64,000 nt of DNA from Pristiophorus japonicus. Lineage: Eukaryota. The stretch spans positions 111,848,001 through 111,912,000 of the forward strand of contig NC_091992.1 in assembly GCF_044704955.1 (NCBI RefSeq). Reading direction: 5' to 3'. The notes beneath the pieces were generated by a model, which saw nothing but the letters and a program-made list of their open reading frames with translations, was not told the origin of the DNA and did not search any database. The translations under genes were made by a program, and so were the position numbers. Shown here piece after piece: positions 35,101 through 47,243 of the stretch (the first letter of the stretch is position 1; each line of letters starts with the position of its first letter).

Positions 35101-38100
35101 TGCAGGGAACCTACGTTTGTCTTTACTAACCTTTTTCTCTTTATATATCTATAGAAGCTTTTGCAGTCCTTCTTAATGTTCCCTCAAGCTTCCTCTCATA
35201 CTCTATTTTTCCTGCCCTAATCAAACCATTTGTCCTCCTCTGCTGAGTTCTAAATTTCTCCCAGTCTCCGGATTCGCTGCTATTTCTGGCCAATTTGTAT
35301 GCCACTTCCTTGGCTTTAATACTATCCCTGATTTCCCTTGACAGCCACGGTTGAGCCACCTTCCCTTTTTTATTTTTACGCCAGACAGGGATGTACAATT
35401 GTTGTAGTTCATCCATGCGGTCTCTAAATGTCTGCCATTGTCCATCCACTGTCAACCCCTTAAGTATCATTCGCCAATCTATCCTAGCCAATTCACGCCT
35501 CATACCTTCAAAGTTACCCTTCTTTAAGTTCTGGACCATGGTCTCTGAATTAACTGTTTCACTCTCCATCCTAATGTAGAATTCCACCATATTATGGTCA
35601 CTCTTTCCCCAAGGGGCCTCACACAACAAGATTGCTAATTAATCTTCTCTCATTACACAACAGTCTAAGATGGCCTCCCCCCTAGTTGGTTCCTCGACAT
35701 ATTGGTCTAGAAAACCATCCCTTATGCACTCTAGGAAATCCTCCTCCACCGTATTGCTTCCAGTTTGGTTAGCCCAATCTATATGCATATTAAAGTCACC
35801 CATGATAACTGCTGCACCTTTATTGCATGCACCCCTAATTTCCTGTTTGATGCCCTCCCCAACTTCACTACTACCGTTTGGAGGTCTGTACACAACTCTC
35901 ACTAACGTTTTTTGCCCTTTGGTGTTCTGCAGCTCTACCCATATAGATTCCACATCATCCAAGCTAATGTCCTTCCTAACTATTGCATTCATCTCCTCTT
36001 TAACCAGCAATGCTACCCCACTTCCTTTTCCTTTTATTCTATCCTTCCTGAATGTTGAATACTCTTGGATGTTAAGTTCCCAGCCCTGATCATCCTGGAG
36101 CCACGTCTCTGTAATCCCAATCACTTCATATCTGTTAACATCTATTTGCACAGTTAATTCATCTATCTTATTACGGATACTCCTTGCATTAAGACACAAA
36201 GCCTTCAGGCTTGTTTTTTAACACCCTTTGTCCTTTTAGAATTATGATGTAGTGTGGCCCTTTTTGTTTCTTGCCTTTGTTTACTCGGCCTTCAACTATT
36301 GCTTTTTACCTTTCTACCATCTGTTTCTGTCTCCATATTACTTCGCCCTGCCTCGCTGCATAGGTTCCCTTCCCCCTGCCATTAGTTTAAACACTCCCGA
36401 ACTGCATTAGCAAATGTTACCCCCAGGACATCAGTTCCAGTCCTGCCCAACTGCAAACCGTCCCTTTTGTACAGGTCCCACTTCCCCCAGAACTGGTTCC
36501 AACGTCCCAGGAATTTGAATCCCTCCCTCTTGCACCACTGCTCAAGCCACGTATTTATTCTAACTATCCTGCTCCCTCTATTCTGATTAGCACGTGGCAC
36601 TGGTAGCAATCCAGAGATTACTACCTTTGAGGTCCTACTTTTTAATTTAACACATAGCTCCCTAAATTCAGCTTGTAGGACCTCTTCCCGTTTCTTACCT
36701 ATATCATTGGTACCTACATGTACCACGACAACCGGCTGTTCACCCTCCCTCTCCAGAATGCTCTGCAGCCGCTCCAAGACATCCTTGACCCTTGCACCAG
36801 GGAGGCAACATACCATCCTGGAGTCTCGGTTGCGGCCGCAGAAACTCCTATCTATTCCCCTTACAATAAAGTCCCTATCACTATAGCTCTCCCACTCATT
36901 TTCCCGCCCTTCTGTGTAGCAGAGCCACCCAAGGTGCCATGAACCTGGCTGCTGGTGCCTTCCCCGGTCAGTCATCTCCCCCAACAGTATCCAAAACGGT
37001 ATATCTGTTTTGGAGGGAGATGACCGCAGGGGACTCCTGCACTACCTTCTTGCTCTTGCCTGGTCTCTTGGTCACCCATTCACTATCTGTCCTAACCCTT
37101 ACCTACGGTGTGACCAACTCACTAAATGTGCTATCCACAACATTCTCAGCATCGCGCATGCTCCAGAGTGAGTCCATCCGCAGCTCCATTGCCATCATGC
37201 GGTCTGTCAGGAGCTGCAGCTGGACATACTTCCCGCACACATAGTAGTCAGGGACACTGGAAGTGTCCCTGATTTCCCACATAGCACAGGAGGAGCATGA
37301 CACGGGTCCGAGCTCTCCTGCCATGATGTAACCCTTAAATTAATTTACTTACTAAAATTTACTTGAACACCAAACAGCTACTTAGTAGTTCGCTGCCAAT
37401 TAAACCAATCTAAAAGTCAGTCTAAAAGAGAGTTATATTTACCAGTAGAACAGCCAACCACTTACCAGCTTAGCTGTGACGTCATCTCTCGATTTCGCAC
37501 CCCTCTATCTTTGTCTGCAGCTGGTTGGACTGGTCTCTGGGCCTCCGTCTCCTACTGTCGCACTCCTTATCAGCTACTCTAGTGTCAGCACTGATAGGAA
37601 AAACAAGACAAAACAGCACCTGCCACCCCCACTTGCCCTTAAAACTCACCCATTTACCAAACATACCAAAAGTTATCTTGTGCAGTAACCTTTTATGTGG
37701 CACCTTGTCAAATGCCTTCTGGAAGTCCAAATACACCACATTCACTGATTCCCCTTTATCCACCCTGTTCGTTACATCCTCAAAGAATTCCAGCAAATTT
37801 TTCAAACATGACTACCCCTTCATAAATCCATGCTGACTCTGCCTGACCGAATTTTGCTTTTCCAAATGTCCTGTTACTGCTTCTTTAATAATGGACTCCA
37901 ACATTTTCCCAATCACAGACGTTAGGCTAACTGATCTATAGTTTCCTGCTTTTTGTCTGCCTCCTTTTTTGAATAGGGGCGTTACATTTGCAGTTTTCCA
38001 ATCTGCTGGGACCTCCCCAGAATTCAGATAACTTTGGTAAATTACAACCAAAGCATCCACAATCCTTGCCGCTACTTCTCTTAAGACCCTAGGATGCAAG

Positions 38101-38250
38101 CCATCAGGTCCAGGGGATTTATCTGCCTTTAGTCCCATTATCTTACTGAGTACCACCTCCTTAGTGACTGTGATTGTGTTAAGTTCCTCGACCCCCCTAT
38201 AGCCCCTTGGCTATCCACTGTTGGAATATTGTTAGTTTCCTCTACCGTAA
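32200..38250 (-). mobile_element. CR1 LINE host copy (32200-33309 and 37673-38250) split by a nested full-length CR1
   Basis: Tail (TTCTTATG)n at ~32200; GTGAACTTTTA|...|TTATCTTGTGCAG rejoins as continuous RT coding sequence. Confidence 0.88.
33310..37672 (-). mobile_element. Near full-length CR1 LINE: 5' UTR, ORF1 (zinc finger plus SGNH esterase, 37324-36382), ORF2 (APE endonuclease plus RT), tail
   Basis: MAGELGPVSCSSCAMW, CLPGA and HVGTND motifs; LNARSIRNK, ITETW, GDFN and SDH; FADD; (TTTCTATG)n tail. Confidence 0.95.
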
Positions 38251-39670
38251 AAATTTATATAAAATACTTATATGGATGGATGTGTGGAAAGCTTAGCTGC
38301 ATTTAAAGAGCAGATTGTCATTCCCAAACCGGCCGAGCTTTTCCTCTCTTTCTCTCTCTTCGGCTATGTAGCTTCCAGCCGCTGCCTTTCGAAGCCTGCC
38401 TCTCGTCTGCAAGCCCAATCGCAAAGGAGTAGCAAGCAAATAGAACGATTCTGCAGCAAGGCTGAACGTCTACTTGTTTGTGGGGTGCAGCATCACTTGA
38501 AAGCTGATTTCTTATTACCCTTGGAGACACAGTTAAAGAGCACACTGCAGATAACGGTGTTTAAGCTGCTGCAGCCCTAGAATATCAAAGCATTAAAAAA
38601 AAACATGAATTGATTCAGAGAGGTAGATTCAAGGAGCCGTTAACTTATTCTACTTAATGACAGTCTCAAGGGTAGGACCACAGGGAGAGGCATGTGACAT
38701 CTTCCCAGAGTTTAATGTAGTAATTGATTTTATATTGGAAAGGAACAGGCGAGTACCCATTTGCCCATCCTCTCTGGAAAATACAATTCGTGTCAGTTTG
38801 CAAGTCCAAACCCTTCCAGGAAACTAAATCAATCTGTTCAGCCCCTTCGTTGTTCAATTAACCATTTCTGTCCTTTTCTGACTGTGTTACTCACGGTCCG
38901 TGTTATTTTATTCTGAATAACAACATTGGGACAGGAGACTGGTGCTACAACACATTTTGCAAAGGTTACCGGCTTCAAATAATTTAGAAAACATATCTGT
39001 TGTGCTGTAAAATAAGGAAATCCAATACTTAAAAGGATTTGTGTCAAAATAAATCCATTCCCTGTACAATAAATGCAGAATGTATCCAAAGTACTCAATA
39101 ACAAAAGCATGTGGCCACAAGATTAGATATGACCTTTTGGTGCAAGCAAAAAGCACTTGTCTCTGCATATTACATCAGGTGAATCCTGTTCATACATTTT
39201 TAAATAAGCTACTGGATTGTGTTACTTTTGTGCCCTCTAGTGACGGGTTTCTTCCATAACAGAATATACTCAGATAAAAGCACAAAATTTTGATGGAAAG
39301 AGTGGATTTCTTTCTATGCCAGTCGACAGAAAAAGCTGAACAACAGCAAGCCTTTCTGTCATAATCTTGATGTCTAAAAGTGTTTACATTCAGAGATAAT
39401 AGGATGATTAATTTTAAAGGCAGGAAGGAAAGTGGTAAGACAGGAGGAATTGGGCAAGGAGTGCCACCAACAACAGCCACCTGCAATTATATACACCATT
39501 GTTGGAGAGAAGGAAATAGGATAGAGGGAACAGAGGGACAAGTAAAAAGCACAGAGAAGTGGAGATTGCAAGCAGTGATATAAAGCAGGTGGGGCAAAGC
39601 CTGGAGGGGTTTGAAAGTGGAAGAGAATTTTGAAACCAATTTTGTTCCCGCTTGCAATGGAGCTTGGATA

Positions 39671-39935
39671 GGATGGGATGAGGGAAGTGTGGGATTTGGT
39701 GCAGGATGGGATGAGGGAAGTGTGGGATTTGGTGCAGGATGGGATGAGGGAAGTGTGGGATTTGGTGTGGGATGGGATGAGGGAAGTGTGGGATTTGGTG
39801 CGGGATGGGATGAGGGAAGTGTGGGATTTGGTGCGGGATGGGATGAGGGAAGTGTGGGATTTGGTGCGGGATGGGATGAGGGAAGTGTGGGATTTGGTGC
39901 GGGATGGGATGAGGGAAGTGTGGGATTTGGTGTGG
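39671..39935 (+). repeat. 33-bp minisatellite, 8 copies (GGATGGGATGAGGGAAGTGTGGGATTTGGTGCR)
   Basis: Direct inspection; 11-aa periodicity in the overlapping ORFs. Confidence 0.97.
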
Positions 39936-40934
39936 GCGAGGTTACGGGTTGCAGCAGGAAGATATCAAAAGAAGTCACTCTCATTAAACTGATGTCACAG
40001 TGGTAATTCTTTACGATCAGATGATATTAAATATCAAATCTATGGATAAAACGTCTGGTTCAGAGATTATGACCGCTCATATTGTAAATTTGTGATAAAT
40101 CTCCAGCCCACGCTGTATATAAATCTCATTCAGCACTTCTTCAACAAGAGTGTTGTTTGAAATAAAAATTTTAACATTCAATAATTGGCACTAACTAAAA
40201 TGACACGATTACCTTAACTCTCCCAAGTGGCTCATCAGCAGATAATAACACAAGTCTAAATCAGGTTATTAATACAAGTCTGCCCAATGCCACTTCGATA
40301 CAAGCCATTTTCCATTGCCATGCTAATCTTTTTGTCTATTTTAAACATGGCTTCAATTGCAATCCATGAAAATTAAACTACAATTAAAATTAAAATAGGC
40401 AAAGGAGCTCAGGACAGGTAACTATATATAGCATCACTTCAATGCTGCCCCCATTTCTACCGAGGCTTCTTGAATGTGGAGCAAGAGAAAACCTTTGACA
40501 TAGCTAACCTATCTCACACTCCAGTCTCCCTCTCTCCTCCATTTAAATCATTACCGTTATGGTTAGTGCGCCTCTGAACTTTTATTCATCCACACGTTAG
40601 ATACGTTAGCCTGAATATGCTCTTCCCCCTTCTGGTGTCTGTGCTATGTTGAGGTCCGTACGCACTGTACAATCTCTCTAATCTCTTTTATTTTATTCCC
40701 CAGTACTCAGAACTAGGTAGGTAAAGAGTTCTATAGTTTTGAGATGCTGGGAAAGAATGAGCTAGACTAAGAGGTGGATGAGGAGAATAGGTGAAATGAA
40801 TCTAAACTCCAACATGAGCAGTAAGGAAGAACAGCATGTAGGATGGCAAGTCTGGAGCTTGATGAACAAGAGAGAAAAGTTCAGGAGCAATGATGGGGAG
40901 ACAGAAAAAAAGATTTAAGGCAAGCGAATCACTA

Positions 40935-41395
40935 CAACAACAACTTGTATTTATATAGCGCCTTTAACATAGTGAAACATCCCAAAGCACTTCACAGGAG
41001 TATTAAGAGATTAAAAAATTTGATACCGAGCCACACAAGTAAAAATTAGCACAGGTGACCAAAAGCTTGGTCAAAGAGGTATGTTTTAAGGAGCGTCTTG
41101 AAGGAGGAAAGAGGTAGCAAGGGAGTTCCAGAGCTTAGGAGCCAGGCAGCAGAAGACACAGCCATCAATAGTTGAGCAATCATCATCAGGGATGCTCAAG
41201 AGGGCAGAATTAGAGGAGCGCAGATATCTTGGGGGGGGGGGGGGGGGGGGGCGGAGGTTGTGGGCTGGAGGAGATTACAAAGATAGGGAGGGGCGAGGCC
41301 ATGGAGGGATTTGAAAATTAGGATGAGAATTTTGAAATTGAGGTGTTGCTTAACTGGAAGCCAATGTCGGTCAGCGAGCACAGAGGTGATGAATC
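40935..41395 (-). mobile_element. L2-type LINE 3' fragment
   Basis: HWLPVKQHLNFKILILIFKSLHGLAPPYL and (TTG)n tail. Confidence 0.8.
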
Positions 41396-42894
41396 TGACG
41401 TGAAGTTTTACCTTGTATCTGGACCAGAAGTGTGAGGGATGTGTTGGAAGATTCTTCTCAGATAGAAAGCATTCAAATTCAAGACTTGGTCTGACCTGGG
41501 ACGGGTCTTTTGCAAGGGAAGCATTTAGCACAAAAGATAAACCCAAGCTTCTTGAAACAATGGAGGAATTGTGAGTATTATTTGATAGAAGAAGAAATAG
41601 GAAGGACAAGATAGAAGCAGTAGTAAGAGGTGGAGCAAGAGACACAAAGGAATGACACCTTTGAAGAACTAAAGAAAATACTTAATTGTTCCTTCAAAGG
41701 GGCTATGCACTCAGAAGAATGAAGGGTGCGTACACTGATACCATATAACAGGAAGTTAATATACAGCAGAATCCTAATCAAGAATGAGGACAGAATAAGA
41801 GAACGGAAAGTCTGGGAACCTCTAAAAGGCTCAGAATAAGAACCATCAACTATGGCATAGACAAAAGTAATTTCAGAGGAAGCTGGATAGCTAGAAGCAC
41901 AACTTTGGTGGAAAACATTGTAACCATAATTTATTTCAGAGATGCACAGCAACAGACTCCTTCAAAATATATCAGGATTTCCAAACTAATAACAAATCAA
42001 TCACTGTTCATGTGCAAAGTTACAAAGGCCAGATTACTCAACATGGATCTGACCAGAGCTTGAGGGGTAGTGGGTAAGTATTTAAATCACGTTTATCATC
42101 AATGTTCTGACCCTTCTTTAATCAATTAGAGATCACACTTTAAAAATCGACATTATTAGATCTGAAAATAAAACCCGAATTGTGTAGCTACTGCCTTTTT
42201 GGTGATTATAATTTAAATAATGGTTATAAAATCTCTGCTTTCACCTTTTTTTTAGGTCTCTATCGGCTAAATTTACCAATTAGCAAAGTACAGGTAGAAT
42301 GCTAAATACTTTAACCCAGCCGAAAGAAAGCACACAGAGAAATGTAGAAGCATATTAAGCATTCCTACCTGAACTTTGCTTGAAAATACACTCTTAAAAA
42401 ATAACAAATGTGCACTTAAATAGCACCTCATTAGATCCTCAGCGCACACCAAAAGCATTTCACTACAAAATAAATACTTGGAGGAAAAATTGCAGGGATA
42501 TGGGGAAAGAGCAGAGGGAGTGAGACTAACTGGATTGCTCTTCAAAAGAGCCGGCACAGACTCGATGGGCCGAATGGCCTCTTTCAGTGTTGTACTATTT
42601 GATGATTCCATGATTCAAGGAAATGCTTTTGAAGATGAATCACTGTTGTTATTAAGATTTCAGAGTAAGGAGAAACTTATAAGCACAGATGCGAGAAAAA
42701 CGATCATTTTAACCCAGTTTAAAGATTCTGCTTTCAAGTCCGCATCATGTAAAAAAATAAATAAACTTATTCTTTGATATTGAAAACTGAATTCTGCAGG
42801 GAGCAGATTGACAGCATCAGGTTTTTTTTTGAGATTTGCAATAGCAGGCTTTTTACATGCACACAAAAATATTCAAATAGCTCTCTCACAGTAT

Positions 42895-43292
42895 CAGCTG
42901 TGGCTCAGTGGATAGCATTCTCGCTTCAGAGTCAGAAGATTGTGGGTTCAAGTCCCACTCCAGGGACTTGAGAACAAAAAAAAAATCTAGGCCGACATCT
43001 TTCAGATGAGACATTAAACAGAGGCCCCGTCTGTTCCTCAAGGGGACGTAAAAGATCCCATGGGACTATTTCGAAGAAGAGCAGGAGAATTATCCCCGGT
43101 GACCTGGCCAATAGTTATCCCTCAAACCACATAACAAAAAAAAACAGATTATCTGGTCATTATCACATTGCTGTTTATAGGAGCTTGCCTGTGTGCTGCG
43201 TTTCCCACATTACAACAGTGACTACACTCCAAAAGTACTCCATTGGCTGTAAAGTACTTGGAGACATCCTTTGTTTGTGCAAGGTGCTGTAT
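42895..43292 (+). mobile_element. Deu-domain tRNA SINE (internally deleted)
   Basis: Similar to 29843-30292. Confidence 0.8.
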
Positions 43293-43802
43293 AACTCCTG
43301 GTCAACAATGGTTCAGGGATGTTGTCCAGTGATTCGAGATAGTAAAGGCACTATAGTTAGCCTTAGCACAAGGGGGCGGAGATGGAAGAGTGGAAACAAA
43401 ACAGCAAGGTTCCCATTCCTGGACACCATCAGCACTTCACACTAAAAGTACACATGGGCGGAGGTCACGTGCATGCAGAAATGGACTGAGCTGTACTCCC
43501 TGATGCTCACCATCCAGCATCAATCACAAAGCATAGATACTTAGGGGAGGTACCAGAAGGTGACTGGTGCCCATGGAACTGTACCCTAGCAAGGAGTTGA
43601 CCTTCAAACTATACTCGTATTCATGAATGAGTGACAAATAAAATAGCTGGAGAAATAGCAAAACGACTGCCATTAGGGCAAGTTATGAAGAGAAAGCACC
43701 TGGCTCTGTCACCTGCTCATGATGCAAGATTCCTGTGACGGTTATTGAAATGGCACCAGAATAGAAAAGGGAACATTGCAACATTAATCTTAGCTTGCCA
43801 AG

Positions 43803-44450
43803 TCATCATCAGAGGCAGTCCCTCAGAATTGAGGAAGACTTGCTTCCACTCTTAACATGAGTTCTTAGGTGGCTGTACAGTCCAATACGAGAACCACAGT
43901 CTCTGTCACAGGTGGGACAGATAGTCGTTGAGGGAAAGGGTGGGTGGGACTGGTTTGCCGCACGCTCCTTCCGCTGCCTGCGCTTGATTTCTGCATGCTC
44001 TCGGTGATGAGACTCAAGATGCTCAGCGCCCTCTCGAATGCACTTCCTCCACTTAGGGCGCTCTTTGGGCAGGGACTCCCAGATGTCAGTGGGGATGTTG
44101 CACTTTATCAGGGAGGCTTTGAGGGTGTCTGTTGTGTATGGAGAAAGAGTCAGACTGAACACTGTGAGCTCAAAGTAAAGTGTGACCTTAGTCTTTTATT
44201 GCAGGTCTCCAGATTGCCTCTCCAACCTGTTAAGTCTCCTTAAATACCTGTGCTCCCAAGAGATTAAAGGATCCCTTGGGACTGCAGGGGATGAGCCCTC
44301 TGGTGGCTGTACAGAGTAAATACAAGTCCACATATGTAACAGTATCCTTGTAACGTTTCCGCTGCCCACCTTTGGCTCATTTATCGTGAAGGAGTTCCAA
44401 GTAGAACGCTTGCTTTGGGAGTCTCGTGTCTGGCACGCGAACTATGCATC
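43803..44450 (-). mobile_element. RTE LINE 3' fragment interrupted by a solo LTR
   Basis: Similar to 21865-22470; CPTCDRDC motif. Confidence 0.88.
44130..44341 (-). repeat. Solo LTR
   Basis: TG...CA termini, TSD GTGTC/GTATC, TATTTAA and AATAAA on minus. Confidence 0.85.
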
Positions 44451-44564
44451 CTGCCAAGTACTGTGGAAACGAACCTGCAAGAAGCTGGGAAGAAACAGCA
44501 GCTAGTAAAAACAAGATGGAGTGAAGGAAACTGATATTGGCCTTTCGTGCCTTTTTTTTTTTAA

Positions 44565-44990
44565 ATTCATTCATGGGATGTGGGCACTGCTGGCAAGGCC
44601 AGCATTTATTGCCCGTCCCTAATTGCCCTCGAGAAGGTGGTGGTGAGCTGCCGCCTTGAATCGCTACAGTCCGCGTGGTGAAGGTACTCCCACAGTGCTG
44701 ACTTTTGTTGTAGTGGTTTGGTACAACTGAGTTGCTTGCTGGGCCATCTCGGAGGGCAGTTATGAGTCAACCACATTGCTGTGTGGTCTGGAGTCACATA
44801 TAGGCCAGACCAGGTAAGGAAGGCAGATTTCCTTCCCTAAAAAGGACATTAGTGAACAAGTTGTTTTTTTTAACGACAATCTGGTACTTTCATGGTCCCC
44901 ATTACTGATACTAGCTTTTTAATTCAAGATTTATTTAATTAATTGAATTTAAATTTCCCAGCTGCCGTGGTGGGATTTGAACTCATTTCT
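44565..44990 (-). mobile_element. tRNA-headed SINE with LINE-derived tail (HE1-like)
   Basis: B-box GAGTTCAAATCCC on minus near 44970-44984; tail GGGCAATTAGGGACGGGCAATAAATGCTGGCC. Family name from recall. Confidence 0.55.
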
Positions 44991-45367
44991 CCTGGGACAC
45001 ATGACACAAAAACAGACAGTCATAGCAAGTGCATCGTTAACACTTACATTTTTGTTTTCTATAGTGTATTCAAAAGTGCTGAGCTAATTGAAAGATGGCC
45101 CGGAATTTCCTGGGAAGTTCTAGCATTGCCATGGCGCAAGAATGGAATTGCATCCTGTTTTCCGAGGAAATTTGCGCACAACTGATTTACGCTGGTTTTA
45201 TGCCAGAACGTTGCTGTGCATGAATTTCTTTTATCATTTGTGCTGCTCGAGTTCCATCGGCCAAAATTCTACTTGTCTCATTAACACAGCACCGCCCCTA
45301 TGCAAAGACAGGAGAATACACGTTTCCTGCATTTACGCTGGTTCTGAATGGGTGTAATTTTACATCC

Positions 45368-45615
45368 AAGAACAGGGGAGTTATCCCCAGTGTCTGGGCC
45401 AATATTTATCCCTCAATCAACATAACAAAAAAACAGATCACCTCGCCATTATCACATTGCTATTTGTGGGAGCTTGCTGTGCGCAAATTGGCTGCCCTGT
45501 TTCCTATATTACAACAGTGACTGCATTTCAAAAGTACTTAATTGGCTGTAAAGCGCTTTGTGACGTCCGGTAGTCGTGAAAGGCGCTATATAAATGCAAG
45601 TCTTTCTTTTCTTTT
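45368..45615 (+). mobile_element. Deu-domain SINE 3' half
   Basis: Matches 30050-30292. Confidence 0.8.
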
Positions 45616-46789
45616 AAATTTACGTCCAAGGTTTTAGGACCTGAAGTCACCATTTCTGGTGCTCAATAGCAATATCTTTTTTATGGCAGCAGAATTTGTT
45701 ATATTAAAAAAAAGAGAGAAAAGCTTCCACGGTTATATTTTCTTAAACATGCTGTGCTTAATGTGCATAAATGATGGTTTGAAAGCATCAAATTTTAATT
45801 TTCACAATACCAATAAGATAAATAAGGAAAATGGCATATATTGCATGCCATCCTTGGCCCCAATTGTTTTCACCGATTTCTGCTTACCCAGTTTTTATGT
45901 TCTGGTGTATGCCAAGTGAGATACTTAAAATTTTGGCTAACTTGCTGTTGGCAAGATCAGCATGGAAACCGATTTAATTTCAGCACACGACTGGAGCAAG
46001 TCAGATTTTTTTTAATTCTGTTTTATCATTGTATTTCTTTGACCAAGAATGGGTAAAGCCATCAGAATTCACACTAGTGGTTACTTTAAAGCAGAATGAA
46101 ACTTTTTAAAAATTGCTGTGACAGTGATACTTTTTGAAATTGACCTTTTCACAGCTTGTGTAAGAACTGTTAACAATACAAACTCCTATTGTATAGAACA
46201 GTTGTAGCAACACTTAAGACATTTTAATCAATCAATTGCATTGATTAAATTCCAGCACAAAAATCAATGGACTATACCGCTGATTTGACGAACAAGAGTT
46301 GGGAACTGCCAACTGATCTTGCAATGTTGAGCATATTTTTAATACAGAGATGCTAAAAGAACCTGGTAGTATGGTTACGAATTTGACTTCTGCTACTGCT
46401 AACATCTCCAGTCATTGTCAGGATATATGTGATATAACAGGACATCCAACTGCCTAGATAGCGGCACAAACATGATGGGCCAAATGGGCCTCCTCTGGTG
46501 TAATTTTTCTATGATTCTATGATTTCCAGGAAATGTTGATTGTGGCTTAAGAAATTTTTTTTAACAAGTGTGCTTGAGAGGACTCAATGGACACTTTTGC
46601 TTGCTGAAGTTTTGTTCCCATATATGTTTATCATCAGTCATTTCTGGGCAATTTGTCACATTGCAATGGATCTGAATTCTTGTGCAAAAACTGTAAGGAA
46701 TAGTGAAGTATAAAATGTTGTGAAGGATATCGAGACTGATATCAAGGCTTTATGTTTAGTTTCCTATTTTTTTTTTTAAACTTTCAAAG

Positions 46790-47200
46790 GGCTTTTTATC
46801 ACTTTCTCCAGAAAAACGAAGGCTGAGGGGTGACCTGATAGAGGTCTTCAAGTTAATGAAAGGGTTTGATAGGGTAGACGTAGAGAAAATGTTTCCACTT
46901 GTGGGGAAGTCCAAGACTAGAGGTCATAAATATGATAGTCACTAATAAATCAAATAGGGAATCGAAGAGAAACTTATTTACCCGAAGAGTGGTAAAAATG
47001 TGGAACATGCTACCACATGGAGTAAATGAGGCAAATAAAAAGGGAAACTAGATAAGTGCATTAGTGAGAAAGGAATGGAAGGGCACGCTGATAGGGTTAG
47101 ATGAATTGTGGGGCGAGAGGAGGCTTGTGTAGAGCATAAATGGCAACATAGACCAGTTGGGTCGAATGGCCTGTTTCTGTGCGGTACACTTGATATAAAT
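46790..47200 (+). mobile_element. CR1 3' fragment
   Basis: GGCTGAGGGGTGACCTGATAGAGG...CTAGAGGTCATAAATAT, similar to 31368-31800 reversed. Confidence 0.75.
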
Positions 47201-47243
47201 CAATATAAATTCATCCTGCAACGTGCAGCATTTATCTACAGAG

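Noticed and set aside
38272-38580. 102-aa ORF in unique sequence
   Set aside because: No recognisable motif or splice context; could be non-coding.
39671-39935. CRISPR-like array
   Set aside because: Contiguous tandem units without unique spacers; eukaryotic context.
42256-42293. 38-nt plus-strand candidate exon
   Set aside because: Strong acceptor but a poor donor (GTAGAA) and no supporting exons.
45097-45641. Further Harbinger-like MITE around a SINE fragment
   Set aside because: TIR match too weak and no TSD.
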